DNA of 64,000 nucleotides from a virus. Numbering within the stretch: position 1 is the first letter of the stretch; the number at the start of each line of letters is the position of its first letter. Shown here in pieces: positions 9,410 to 19,272 of this stretch. Made by a program: the position numbers and the translations under genes. The notes beneath the pieces were generated by a model that saw only the letters and a program-made list of their open reading frames with translations, did no database searches and had not been told where the DNA came from. The stretch spans positions 1 through 64,000 of the IMG/VR virus record IMGVR_UViG_3300042691_041718; one strand, 5' to 3'.

Positions 9410-10375
9410 ATGAAGTATTTGAAAAATATTGAAAATTTTAAAGAGAGTTTAAGAAATAATGTTAGATTGATAGAAAATGTTAACTATCACAGAACTAATG
9501 TTAAAAATCTAGGTGAAGTTATTTTACCAGATCCAGAGTTTGGAGATTTTAAATTAAGTGTTATGCCATTTGAAAATACAGGAGGTTGGGTTTCTTTACC
9601 CGAAGGATTTAAAATATGGGAGGAAGCTTTTAATGAAGTAATTAAAAATATACCTCTACAAGAAGGCGCGAATACACACTATGTTACAATTGATACTAAA
9701 TTCTTCACAACTGATGAGTTTCTTAGAAGAGAAGGAGTTCATATTGATGGTAATTTTTGTGTTGATCCTAACTTCAAAAAATTAAACGAGACAAAAGTTG
9801 ATGATGTTTTAAGTGATGATTTCTTCGATGATGTTGAAGATTACGAGGATGAATTTAAAGCTTCTTGGGGTGGTGCTGAACCAAAGCCAAGTTGGGGTGG
9901 TGCTGAACCAAAGCCAAGTTGGGGTGGTGCTAGGTACGATGATGATTTTAAAGCTTCTTGGGGTGGTGCTGAACCACAACCAAGTTGGGGAGGTGCTCGT
10001 ATAAAAGAGTATCAATATGAAGCTAAGTCTGATAACTCTCATGTTAAAATGGATTGGGTATTACCGTATAAAGATGTTATTATTCCAATTGCTGATTATG
10101 TGTCTGAAAGTAAAGGAGGTATTCTAACTGTATCAACTGAAGTTGGGTGTCAGGCTTGGAGTGGTGAGTTCTATGGTGAGATTTTAGGAGAAGGTTCATT
10201 TGAAAAAATGCAAGAACAATTGACCGATGATAGAAAAGTTGTATTTGAAAAGAATCAATTGTATTTTATGTCAAGTAATACACCACATGAAACTCTTTTG
10301 ATTAGTAAAGGTAAACGTAGAACATTTATGAGAATTACATTAAACCACAATTATGAAAATAAAAATATAAAGTAA
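9410..10375 (+). CDS. Putative 2OG-Fe(II) dioxygenase with SWGGA repeat insertion and CTS-like leader
   Basis: RREGVHIDG (HxD), distal PHET, RTFMR; leader MKYLKNIENFKE. Confidence 0.6.
   Translation: MKYLKNIENFKESLRNNVRLIENVNYHRTNVKNLGEVILPDPEFGDFKLSVMPFENTGGWVSLPEGFKIWEEAFNEVIKNIPLQEGANTHYVTIDTKFFTTDEFLRREGVHIDGNFCVDPNFKKLNETKVDDVLSDDFFDDVEDYEDEFKASWGGAEPKPSWGGAEPKPSWGGARYDDDFKASWGGAEPQPSWGGARIKEYQYEAKSDNSHVKMDWVLPYKDVIIPIADYVSESKGGILTVSTEVGCQAWSGEFYGEILGEGSFEKMQEQLTDDRKVVFEKNQLYFMSSNTPHETLLISKGKRRTFMRITLNHNYENKNIK
9852..9997 (+). repeat. Coding tandem repeat, 27-bp unit (SWGGAEPKP), five SWGGA copies
   Basis: TTGGGGTGGTGCTGAACCAAAGCCAAG repeated directly; higher-order duplication of FKASWGGAEPxPSWGGAR. 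Confidence 0.95.
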
Positions 10376-11001
10376 TGAAATACATAAAGAGTTATAACGA
10401 AAATAAAGTTCATTCTTATGATTCAATGGATACAGAGGATCTTGAAGAGTTATTACATTGGTCAAGAATTGAATATAACGAATTGGGTGATAAAATTAGA
10501 GATATAAATGCTGTTCTAACAAAAAGAAAAGAAGAGGGTGAAGAATCTCATTCTAAGTCATTACCGGTTAGTATATTTGATTTTAATAAAGAACAATGTG
10601 ATTGGATATTTGAACACGGTCATGGAACAACGAGTAAAAAATATAATATCTCAAATAAGTATTTTGAACAACTTAAAGGTTTTTTTACATCTGGATTTAA
10701 TCCAGATACAAACCAATTTGCTTTTAAATTAAGTAAATTCTATTTCGATAATACTGATTTAGATTTAATCATAAAAAGTATGAAATTTTTAGGTGATAAC
10801 TTAAAAAGAGTTAATTATACAATAAATGGTGAACATAAAGATATTGTTCAGTTTGGTGTTCAATATGAACATTTAGAAGATTATGATCATAAGGTTAATT
10901 ATGTTAGTGAGAATGAATTATATCTCGTTCAATATAGAACTAAAAAGTTTGATAGTATCAAATCTCTAATAGATTATATTATATCAATAGATAATGAATA
11001 A
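10375..11001 (+). CDS. Hypothetical protein with CTS-like leader
   Basis: Starts MKYIKSYNE. Confidence 0.7.
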   Translation: MKYIKSYNENKVHSYDSMDTEDLEELLHWSRIEYNELGDKIRDINAVLTKRKEEGEESHSKSLPVSIFDFNKEQCDWIFEHGHGTTSKKYNISNKYFEQLKGFFTSGFNPDTNQFAFKLSKFYFDNTDLDLIIKSMKFLGDNLKRVNYTINGEHKDIVQFGVQYEHLEDYDHKVNYVSENELYLVQYRTKKFDSIKSLIDYIISIDNE

Positions 11002-11028
11002 AAAAAACCAGTCATTGACTGGTTTTTT
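11002..11028. terminator. Bidirectional intrinsic terminator
   Basis: AAAAAACCAGTCA-T-TGACTGGTTTTTT. Confidence 0.85.
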
Positions 11029-11030
11029 GT

Positions 11031-12050
11031 TTACTTATTAAATCTATTAAAAGCGTTATCACTAATTTGAATCCACTCAACTTCTCCACAGTATTCTTCT
11101 AAAGTTCTACACCCGGTATAAGACATAGCAGACTTTAAATAATCTGTAAAGTTTTCACACCAACCAGATAATTTATATTCTACATTATTATATTTACTAA
11201 TGCCTTCTCCAGTTTTAATTACTTTTCTATTCCAAGACTTTTGAACTTCTTTTGTTGACATACCTCTATAATACTTATAGATAGTAGCACCTTCATCAAA
11301 GTATTTCTCAGCTTCTTCTTTAGATAGTTGTGTAAAGTCTCCTAATTCGTTTTTAGAAAAACTATCACTACAACTTTCTAAACATTTGTTGAAAACACCA
11401 CCCAACATAACAGCATCAGCACCCATCGCTAAAGCTTTAATTATATCTGAAAAGTTTTTAAATCCACCATCAGCGATAATCTTTGTTGGTTTATCAACAC
11501 CATAAGAAAGATCTTTACATTCTCTTATTAAAGAAGCCATTGGATAGTGAATAGCGACGTTAGCTGAAGTTGTACAAGCAGAACCACCACCAATACCAAC
11601 TCTGATCCAATCAACACCAATTTCACAAAATTCTCTATAAGTTTTTGGATTAGCGATATTACCAACCATAAGTTCAATGTTGTCTCCAAATTTTTCCTTT
11701 AATAGTTTAGAAACCTCCCAAAGTCTAAGCATATTTCCGTTTGCTACGTCAATAAGAACCTTCTTTGGTAATTTAGAATCTGAATTGTATAAATTGTAGA
11801 TTTCGTCTAATCCATAAGAGTAAAAATAGTTATCATTTTTTAAAGTATCATACTTAACATTTCTTGGTAAGCAAATGTTTATATAGTTTTTTTCAAATTC
11901 ATTTATGTTTTTCTCATCTATTACTGTATCCATAGGAGCTGTAAATAGTGGTAACTTATCATTTAAATATGGATTTATCTCACTTCTTGAAGAAATTGAA
12001 GAGATCATCGCTGGTACTATACTAATATCATTCCAATCAAGTTTTATCAT
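11031..12050 (-). CDS. IMP dehydrogenase / GMP reductase family protein (no CBS domains)
   Basis: TAPMDTV, IDVANG, VGIGGGSACTT catalytic loop, IADGG, GADAVMLG, YRGMST. Confidence 0.9.
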   Translation of the reverse strand: MIKLDWNDISIVPAMISSISSRSEINPYLNDKLPLFTAPMDTVIDEKNINEFEKNYINICLPRNVKYDTLKNDNYFYSYGLDEIYNLYNSDSKLPKKVLIDVANGNMLRLWEVSKLLKEKFGDNIELMVGNIANPKTYREFCEIGVDWIRVGIGGGSACTTSANVAIHYPMASLIRECKDLSYGVDKPTKIIADGGFKNFSDIIKALAMGADAVMLGGVFNKCLESCSDSFSKNELGDFTQLSKEEAEKYFDEGATIYKYYRGMSTKEVQKSWNRKVIKTGEGISKYNNVEYKLSGWCENFTDYLKSAMSYTGCRTLEEYCGEVEWIQISDNAFNRFNK

Positions 12051-12127
12051 AAGGAAAATTTATTTTTTTATCATATGTCCATTAGCAGACATTCGTAATT
12101 TAATATATATATTAAATTACGAATCTT

Positions 12128-12775
12128 ATGTTATTAACAAAAAAGATAAAAACGACAATAGTTCCTCTAAACTATAACAGACTAAGTGAATTTTATGATG
12201 TTAAGATGTATGATATTATAGAAATTGACATAAATCATTTATCTCATAAAAGTCCAATTATAATAGATTGTTGTTGTGAAATATGTGGATCTCATAAAAA
12301 GCTACAATATAGAGCCTATTTGAGGAATAAAAGTAGATATAATTATTATTCATGTAAAGGTTGTAAAAATAAAAAGACTTCTATTACAAAAGAAAGAATA
12401 TATGGTGACTCAAAATATAATAATTCGAATAAGATGATAAAAACTAAAGAGGAAAAGGGTATTTATATACCATTTGAATCTTCTATTGATTTTAAAAAAT
12501 ATAGAAAATTAGTTAATAGAATAACCAATAGAAATAAACCTTATTTATTTGAGATTTGGGATGGTCTTGATTTTTATGATAAAGAGAACATTTTGGAAAA
12601 TATGAAATTAAACTCCAATGATATGTCATATCCGACGATAGACCATAAAATATCAATTTATCAAGGTTTTAAAGAGTCTATACCACCTTATATCATAGGT
12701 GGTATAGATAATTGTTGTATAACAAAAAGAAGAATAAATTTACTTAAAAGTAATAAATATAATTTTGAATATTAA
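12128..12775 (+). mobile_element. Putative HNH homing endonuclease
   Basis: CEICG..CKGC zinc motif, PTIDHKISI..GF, N..KS. Confidence 0.7.
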
Positions 12776-13086
12776 TAAAAGCTATACTTATCTTCTTCTT
12801 TTACACAATAAATAGATGCTGGATACATTCTCAACTCACCTTCAGTTTCCTCAACGATAAATCTCATTGAACCATCGATAATTTCTTGATTACAGATTTT
12901 AACTGTTGAGTTTTTAACTTCTTTTAAGATTTCAAATGCTTCTGGTTCTATGTCACTAGACATAACTAAGTAATTACTTTTACCAAATAATTTACCATTA
13001 GTTCCTTCCTCAAAGTAGGATTTTTCAATAATAGATTTTAAAACTTCTGAGTTTTGAAACTCAATTTTAACTTCGTGTTTTAACAT
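12772..13086 (-). CDS. Hypothetical protein
   Basis: 104-aa ORF in minus-strand run. Confidence 0.65.
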   Translation of the reverse strand: MLKHEVKIEFQNSEVLKSIIEKSYFEEGTNGKLFGKSNYLVMSSDIEPEAFEILKEVKNSTVKICNQEIIDGSMRFIVEETEGELRMYPASIYCVKEEDKYSFY

Positions 13087-13110
13087 TTTATGTTGTTTTA
13101 TAATTAATTA

Positions 13111-13332
13111 CTAAATATGATATGAGATATTTATTGATGTTATATCATCAACACTTATTACGGGTTCTGTGTTTAAAATTTCCACAAATAATTCCCATGA
13201 ATCATGTGATTGATAATCACTATGATTTTTATTTATCTTCTTAATAATAGGTATTAAGGAGTTTACTTGAGTATGTGTTACCTCAATTTCTTTTCTTAAA
13301 TCTTCTGTGTCTATAATCAAAAAAGCTCTCAT
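13111..13332 (-). CDS. Hypothetical protein
   Basis: 73-aa ORF. Confidence 0.55.
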   Translation of the reverse strand: MRAFLIIDTEDLRKEIEVTHTQVNSLIPIIKKINKNHSDYQSHDSWELFVEILNTEPVISVDDITSINISYHI

Positions 13333-13348
13333 ATAAACATTGTATATC

Positions 13349-13732
13349 TTACACAGCTAAAAGTTTTTTTATTTCATCACTTCCATCCGGATTTGCTGAA
13401 TGAATAATATATTCAGGAAAGTTTAAGTTTCTTTCTTTACAATAGTTAAGTAAAAAAATAACACAATCCAATCCAGTATAAACTCTATTTTCATCTAGAT
13501 TAAACCAATATTCAAATGGAAGTTCTTCTTTTAATTCTTCAACATCAGCTAAATCATAATCAAATGCTACTAAATCTGGTATACCATTTTCAATTATCCA
13601 AGATTTAAATTGACCATACGATCTTACTATATCCCATTCTTCGTGGAATACGGTACAATTCACCTTTCTTTGCCACATATAAGTAGCACAGTCTCTAGGA
13701 ATTCGCCAATCGTCTAAAAATAACCTTTTCAT
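13349..13732 (-). CDS. Cyclic-phosphate-processing Receiver-like domain protein
   Basis: RLFLDDWRIP, AFDYDL, TGLDC, IHSANP.G; start moved to 13732 because the upstream ATG lies in the promoter. Confidence 0.75.
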   Translation of the reverse strand: MKRLFLDDWRIPRDCATYMWQRKVNCTVFHEEWDIVRSYGQFKSWIIENGIPDLVAFDYDLADVEELKEELPFEYWFNLDENRVYTGLDCVIFLLNYCKERNLNFPEYIIHSANPDGSDEIKKLLAV

Positions 13733-13770
13733 AATAGCAAACATACGGATAATTTTTTAATATATAAAAT

Positions 13771-14334
13771 ATGATTTGTAAAAAATGTTCCATTGATAAA
13801 GAGTTGAGTGATTTTCACAAGAAGAAAAATTCTAAAACTGGATATCAAATTTATTGTAAAGATTGCTCAAAAGATATGGTTAAAAAACATTACAAATCAA
13901 ATACTAATAGAGTTTTAGAAAGAAAACGATTATATAGGAATACCGGTGATTATAAAATAAAATCAAAGAATTATGAGAGTAGTTATTCGGAGAGAAGAAA
14001 GGAACTTAGAAAAAATAATCTAAATATTAGAATCGGAAATTCAGCTAGGGATATTCTAAGAAGATGTTTAAAATATTTTGGAGTAAAAAAGAATAAAAAA
14101 ACATTTGAGATTTTAGGGTATAATAGTCTTAAATTGAAACAAAGAATAGAATGTCAATTTAAAGACGGAATGTCTTGGGATAATTATGGTGAATGGCATA
14201 TTGATCATAAAAAACCAATAAGTAAATTTAATAAAAATACAAAATTGAGTACAGTAAATTCTCTATCAAACTTACAACCACTTTGGGCAAAAGATAATTT
14301 GTCAAAAGGTAATAAATTTAAAGAAACGGCTTAG
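13771..14334 (+). mobile_element. HNH homing endonuclease
   Basis: CKKC..CKDC, WHIDHKKP, NLQPLWAKDNLSKG. Confidence 0.88.
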
Positions 14335-14376
14335 GACCCGTTATAGTTAAAGCCCCTCTGGGTGGACTATATTTTT

Positions 14377-14416
14377 GAAAACCACTGAATTCGCTCCTCG
14401 GTGGTTTTCTTTTTTT
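14377..14416 (+). terminator. Intrinsic terminator-like hairpin upstream of nrdB
   Basis: GAAAACCACTGA / TCGGTGGTTTTC stem followed by a T-run. Confidence 0.7.
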
Positions 14417-14469
14417 AAAAACTAAACAAATTTCAAATTGAATATATAAAAAAAACAAAATAAATTATT

Positions 14470-15429
14470 ATGGAAGAACATATTTTAAAAGAAAACAAAA
14501 GTCGTTTTGTGATGTTTCCGTTGAAATATCATGACATTTGGGAAAAGTATAAAACTGCTGAAATGTCATTTTGGACGAGCGAAGAGATTGATTTAGCACA
14601 AGATTTAACTGACTGGAATGAAAAATTAAATGATGATGAAAAACATTATATTAAAAATGTTTTAGCATTCTTCGCTGCATCTGATGGTATCGTAAATGAA
14701 AACTTAGCTGAGAATTTCTTAAAAGAAGTTCAGTATCCAGAGGCTAAAAGTTTTTATGGTTTTCAAATAGCAATGGAGAATGTTCACTCTGAAACTTACT
14801 CTTTATTGATTGATACTTATATCAAAGATTCTAAAGAAAGAGATCATTTATTCAATGCTATTGAAACAGTACCATCTGTTAAAAAGAAAGCTGAGTGGGC
14901 ACTTAAATGGATTGAATCTGATTCATTTGCTGAAAGATTAATTGCCTTTGCTGCTGTTGAAGGTATCTTTTTCTCTGGATCATTCTGTTCTATTTTCTGG
15001 TTAAAGAAAAGAGGTTTAATGCCAGGTTTAGCATTCTCTAATGAGTTAATTTCAAGAGATGAAGGTTTACACTGTGAGTTCGCTTGTTTGTTACATAACA
15101 AATACATCACGAATAAAGTTAGTGCTGAAAGAATTACTGAGATTATTACTGAAGCAGTTGAGATTGAAAAAGAATTCGTTACTGATTCTTTACCAGTTTC
15201 TTTAATTGGTATGAACGCTAAGATGATGCAACAATACATAGAGTTCGTTGCTGACTTCTGGTTAACTGAATTAGGTTGTAAGAAAGTTTATAACTCTGAA
15301 AATCCTTTTGATTTTATGGATATGCTTTCTTTACAAAACAAATCTAACTTCTTCGAGAAAAGAGTTTCTGAATATCAAAAAGCTTCTGATAAGAATATTG
15401 ACTTTGATAGTTTAGATGATGATTTCTAA
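14470..15429 (+). CDS. nrdB: Ribonucleotide reductase class Ia beta subunit
   Basis: [47 protein letters not shown]. Confidence 0.97.
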   Translation: MEEHILKENKSRFVMFPLKYHDIWEKYKTAEMSFWTSEEIDLAQDLTDWNEKLNDDEKHYIKNVLAFFAASDGIVNENLAENFLKEVQYPEAKSFYGFQIAMENVHSETYSLLIDTYIKDSKERDHLFNAIETVPSVKKKAEWALKWIESDSFAERLIAFAAVEGIFFSGSFCSIFWLKKRGLMPGLAFSNELISRDEGLHCEFACLLHNKYITNKVSAERITEIITEAVEIEKEFVTDSLPVSLIGMNAKMMQQYIEFVADFWLTELGCKKVYNSENPFDFMDMLSLQNKSNFFEKRVSEYQKASDKNIDFDSLDDDF

Positions 15430-15769
15430 GATTGATTTTTTAAAGGACTTTAAATTCATTGCAAAACCAGATGAATATTATGTTGGTGGAACCGAAGTTA
15501 CAATAGAATCTGATTACACTGAATGGAATCAAAATCTATTAGTTTCAAGTGGTTGGGGATTTTTCAGAGGACTTACAATGGTTTCGTATAGAGGATATGA
15601 TGGTGAATTACCAAGAATGGATGGAGACACTGCTAGTTTTGCTGAGTTTGATATTTATTACAAAGATGAATTATTAAGTGAAGAAATTACATATGGGGAT
15701 TTACTTAATATGATTAAGTCTGAATCGAGAAATGAAATAATAGAAGAAATAATAAAACCACTCAATTGA
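15416..15769 (+). CDS. Hypothetical protein with C-terminal RNxxI tag
   Basis: Ends [14 protein letters not shown]. Confidence 0.65.
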   Translation: MMISKIDFLKDFKFIAKPDEYYVGGTEVTIESDYTEWNQNLLVSSGWGFFRGLTMVSYRGYDGELPRMDGDTASFAEFDIYYKDELLSEEITYGDLLNMIKSESRNEIIEEIIKPLN

Positions 15770-15780
15770 GTGGTTTTTTT

Positions 15781-16086
15781 TTATTTTAAGTGTTTTTTGA
15801 TTTCACTTTTAATTTTTCCTAATTGGTCGTATTTGAATTCTTCGGCTTTCTCACCTACTTTCTTAACACCAACATAATCTTTACGGAACATTACTTGAAC
15901 TTTAACATCTTCTAAGTTAACTTCTAAATCTGTACCAACAGTTTTAACTTTAGCGTCTTTCATATTTTTCAAGAAGTTCTCAATAGTTTCTCTGAATTTT
16001 TCAACTTTAACATCAGAATCAGATGATTTAGATGCTTTCATTGTTTTACCTTCGTTGAACATATCCCAAGTTTTGATATTTTTCAT
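15781..16086 (-). CDS. Hypothetical protein with CTS-like leader
   Basis: Starts MKNIKTWDMFNE; TAATATATA upstream. Confidence 0.7.
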   Translation of the reverse strand: MKNIKTWDMFNEGKTMKASKSSDSDVKVEKFRETIENFLKNMKDAKVKTVGTDLEVNLEDVKVQVMFRKDYVGVKKVGEKAEEFKYDQLGKIKSEIKKHLK

Positions 16087-16130
16087 CTTGTCGTTTTATT
16101 TTTATATATTAAAAATTAAATATATAAATA

Positions 16131-16493
16131 ATGAAAAAACTTAAATTATTTGAGAGTTTTAACTTTGAATCCGAATTATCGGACTTAGTAAACTCTATAC
16201 CCGATTCTGATATTCCATCTCAAACAAATATCATAACTAAAATTGGAGATAAAATTATTTATACCGAAGGTTGGTGTGATAGATGTTTTTCAAACTATGA
16301 TGTTTATGATAGAGATGAAATGGTACAAATGGCTAAAGAACTTGGTGAAAAGAGATTAAAAGATATTCCAAGATTACCACAATATAAAATTAGGTTTGAA
16401 GGATATGAATTAGAAGATGTTAAGTTCTATGATTTACCGGATAACTCATATAATTATGCACTGTCGGTTGGTATTTATAGTCGTAAAAATTAA
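16131..16493 (+). CDS. Hypothetical protein with CTS-like leader
   Basis: Starts MKKLKLFESFNFE. Confidence 0.7.
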   Translation: MKKLKLFESFNFESELSDLVNSIPDSDIPSQTNIITKIGDKIIYTEGWCDRCFSNYDVYDRDEMVQMAKELGEKRLKDIPRLPQYKIRFEGYELEDVKFYDLPDNSYNYALSVGIYSRKN

Positions 16494-16503
16494 TATATAG
16501 AAT

Positions 16504-16794
16504 ATGAAGATATTGAAATTTGAAGAGTTTAGTATAAATGAGGCTTTACCTCGTCAACAAACAGTAGATCAGTTAAAAAAAGTTATGAAGATGTCAGCTA
16601 AAACTGATATTGGTAATCGTATTTCTGATATGAATAAACAAGGTGCTAACATTCAATATATTGAAAATCCTATTGATAGTGGTATTGAGTCATATGAAGA
16701 CTATGAAAAACACAACAAGAAGTTTGTCTCTTCTTGGAACTTAAAAGGTATGTTAGGTCCGTTTAAAGGTGAAGATAATAAACAAAATAAATAA
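16504..16794 (+). CDS. Hypothetical protein with CTS-like leader
   Basis: Starts MKILKFEEFSINE. Confidence 0.7.
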   Translation: MKILKFEEFSINEALPRQQTVDQLKKVMKMSAKTDIGNRISDMNKQGANIQYIENPIDSGIESYEDYEKHNKKFVSSWNLKGMLGPFKGEDNKQNK

Positions 16795-16797
16795 ATT

Positions 16798-17265
16798 GTG
16801 AAAAGGATAAAAAGTTTTAAGTTGTTTGAATCAACAGGTAGTAAAATGACGGCAAAAGATAGAGTTGTTGTTCTATCTGAGGTTAGAGAGGATATAGAAG
16901 GTATACTTTATGAGTTAGAAGATCATTTAGTTGATTGTAAAGTAAATATTCAATCTATTTATTTAAAAAATGAGGATAGATTTGGTCGTTCTTGTGATGA
17001 TTTTAGTTCAACCTTTCATGGTGATGATGATGGAAATGGTTTAATGCTTATGGTTACTATGGATGAAGTTGAACAAGATAAAAATAAAGATTTATTAGAA
17101 AGGTTTCTTCGTTTATTAAAAGAACATTTAGATTATGTGTGTATTGGTAATAGAATAGGAATGTCTAGTAATAGAGTTCGTGTTGCGTACACAATTGATT
17201 TGAGAGGTTATATGAATAAATTGATGGACAATCTTGAAGAAAATAAAAAAGTAAATAAAATATGA
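16798..17265 (+). CDS. Hypothetical protein with CTS-like leader (GTG start)
   Basis: Starts MKRIKSFKLFES. Confidence 0.7.
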   Translation: MKRIKSFKLFESTGSKMTAKDRVVVLSEVREDIEGILYELEDHLVDCKVNIQSIYLKNEDRFGRSCDDFSSTFHGDDDGNGLMLMVTMDEVEQDKNKDLLERFLRLLKEHLDYVCIGNRIGMSSNRVRVAYTIDLRGYMNKLMDNLEENKKVNKI

Positions 17266-17606
17266 AAAGGATAAAAAGCTTTAAGTTGTTTGAATCTGTT
17301 TTAGAATTACCTGATAAGGAATATATTGAAGATGTTTTGATGGAACTACCAAGTTATTTTAAATATACTATTAGTTATTTTGATAAACCAGTTGATCAAG
17401 TTACAATCGATATCTCATCAAAGAATAAATTTACTTTAGATGAAATATCAGATGTATTTAACCATTTGGATAATTATCTTAAAGGATTTGGATTCAGATT
17501 GTATAGAAGAGGAGAAGTTGATTCTAAATCAATTAGAAATCCAGCGACATTCTCAATTGATTATATCAATTATAATTTACACATATCATATATAAGAAGA
17601 AATTAA
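17262..17606 (+). CDS. Hypothetical protein with CTS-like leader
   Basis: Starts MKRIKSFKLFES, same leader as previous gene. Confidence 0.7.
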   Translation: MKRIKSFKLFESVLELPDKEYIEDVLMELPSYFKYTISYFDKPVDQVTIDISSKNKFTLDEISDVFNHLDNYLKGFGFRLYRRGEVDSKSIRNPATFSIDYINYNLHISYIRRN

Positions 17607-17629
17607 TAATTAAAATTAATATATACATT

Positions 17630-18274
17630 ATGAAATATTTGAAAAGATTTAATGAGGCTGTAATTCAACCATATGATTTCACGGAAGCTCTTGAAAAAGT
17701 TAGATCAATGAGTAACATAACATTAGATAACTTAAAAGAGATATTCAATGATATGAATGTTGAGTTTGTTGATGTTGAATACTTTAAATCTAAACTACAA
17801 ACAAAAAAGGAAATCGAGTTGGTTCCGGTTGATATGCCTCCATTAATGGGTGGTATTCGATGGGGAGCTCATAATGTTTATACTAATAAAATGTATATCT
17901 GTATAGATGAGAATGAGTTTATAAAGTCTATTAATAGTCCATTAAAGAATAGGTTATTAGACTTTTTGGAAGAAGTATTAAGACACGAATCTGTACATAA
18001 ACAACAAGCTCAAAGAAGACCAGATGTAACTATAAGAAACTTAGAAAGATCACCAGTGGATCATAAGAAATATTTTAGTTCAACCGATGAAGTTATGGCT
18101 TATGCTGACTCATTTATTGTTCAATGTAGAAAAGTGGGAATGAGTGATGATGATATTTTAGATGTTTTGAGAGGTGGTAAAAAAGTATCTTGGATTCAAA
18201 ATGTTTATTCTTCTATGGATTTAGAAACTCAAAAGAGATTTAAAAAATATGTATATGAATACATTAAAAAATAA
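17630..18274 (+). CDS. Hypothetical protein with CTS-like leader, possible zincin-like motif
   Basis: MKYLKRFNE; LRHESVHKQQ (HExxH) and downstream DEVMAYA. Confidence 0.6.
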   Translation: MKYLKRFNEAVIQPYDFTEALEKVRSMSNITLDNLKEIFNDMNVEFVDVEYFKSKLQTKKEIELVPVDMPPLMGGIRWGAHNVYTNKMYICIDENEFIKSINSPLKNRLLDFLEEVLRHESVHKQQAQRRPDVTIRNLERSPVDHKKYFSSTDEVMAYADSFIVQCRKVGMSDDDILDVLRGGKKVSWIQNVYSSMDLETQKRFKKYVYEYIKK

Positions 18275-18284
18275 AAAATACAAT

Positions 18285-18515
18285 ATGAAATACTTAAATA
18301 AATATAATGAAAATAATAGTCAGATGAAACAATTTGTTTTAACGACTACAAGTGAAAGTTCTGATCACTACATCTATTTTATTGAGCACCCACAAATGCC
18401 TACAAGAGAAGAGTTAAATAAGTTTCTAGTTGAACAAGGTAGTGATGTTTCTGATGGTGAATCTTATGAAGATATTGATATGTGTGTTGAGATAAATAAT
18501 TTCAAGAGAATTTAA
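18285..18515 (+). CDS. Hypothetical protein with CTS-like leader
   Basis: Start reassigned to MKYLNKYNE. Confidence 0.65.
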   Translation: MKYLNKYNENNSQMKQFVLTTTSESSDHYIYFIEHPQMPTREELNKFLVEQGSDVSDGESYEDIDMCVEINNFKRI

Positions 18516-18530
18516 AAAATAAAAATAGAT

Positions 18531-18854
18531 ATGAAATATTTAAAAACGTTTGAAGGTTATAATGATAAGAGTTTAGCTGAAGAAATTGCTGAAGATATTC
18601 TACCAAAACTAGAAGAAATTAAAAAGGAAAAAGGTAAGTTCACAGTAGGTATGTTTGATAATTACATGGAAGAAAGAAAAGGTGATATGAAACTAACCGA
18701 TGAAGTTATGTCTGAATTGGTAAATATGGGTTTTGATTTTGATTCGGATGACGATGATGAAGATTATTATGATGAAGATGAAGACGATGATCAAGATGGA
18801 CCACCTCCAGGATTTGAAGGTTATCCTGGCCCAGGTTATTATAGTTTAAACTAA
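18531..18854 (+). CDS. Acidic hypothetical protein with CTS-like leader
   Basis: MKYLKTFEGYN; D/E-rich tail. Confidence 0.7.
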   Translation: MKYLKTFEGYNDKSLAEEIAEDILPKLEEIKKEKGKFTVGMFDNYMEERKGDMKLTDEVMSELVNMGFDFDSDDDDEDYYDEDEDDDQDGPPPGFEGYPGPGYYSLN

Positions 18855-18855
18855 T

Positions 18856-18890
18856 AAAAAAAAAGAGTGATTATAAATCACTCTTTTTTT
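18856..18890. terminator. Bidirectional intrinsic terminator
   Basis: A-run GAGTGAT..ATCACTC T-run. Confidence 0.8.
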
Positions 18891-19272
18891 CTTCATTGAG
18901 ATATTTTATAAAATCAACTACTGTTCTCCAGTAGTTTTCTATTTTACTACCTTTTGAGTTTAGTCCGTTATACTCTACTTTTTTATAGACTTTACCACTA
19001 TATGGACATTTTTCTTCTATTAAACATCTATGACCAGATAAAGTAACCCAATTATAAATATCTTCTTCTAATTTATCAATCACTCTAAAGAGTGAGTCAT
19101 ATGAAATATGATATCTTAGTGTTCCATATTCTTCACTACAAAGACTCGCGGCTACCCATAAGTCTTTAGTTTCAATTCCACCCTCATAAGTATCTGATTT
19201 AAGAAGTTCCCAGTTAGGAACCATAAACTCAGCTATGATTTTATTGCCTTCTATTATTTCTTCACTAGTCAT
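18871..19272 (-). CDS. Hypothetical protein
   Basis: 133 aa, GNKIIAEFM start and YHISYDSL segment. Confidence 0.65.
   Translation of the reverse strand: MTSEEIIEGNKIIAEFMVPNWELLKSDTYEGGIETKDLWVAASLCSEEYGTLRYHISYDSLFRVIDKLEEDIYNWVTLSGHRCLIEEKCPYSGKVYKKVEYNGLNSKGSKIENYWRTVVDFIKYLNEEKKSDL

Noticed and set aside
9403-9416. ATGAAGT ATGAAGT duplication giving a 9-codon upstream ORF
   Set aside because: A 7-bp slippage duplication is sufficient explanation; no evidence of a regulatory role
9852-9997. Possible CRISPR mini-array
   Set aside because: Units are contiguous in-frame codon repeats without unique spacers; no cas genes in the window
14326-14371. Twister ribozyme on the minus strand (GGGUCCUAAGCC resembles twister L4/P4)
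   Set aside because: Could not place the UAA-P2-GC segment or the P2'-GARGG segment in any circular permutation; kept only as an unassigned structured element
14377-14436. HDV-like/theta ribozyme (UCCUCG loop)
   Set aside because: No GG for P1.1 after P1 and no credible P4; a simple terminator explains it
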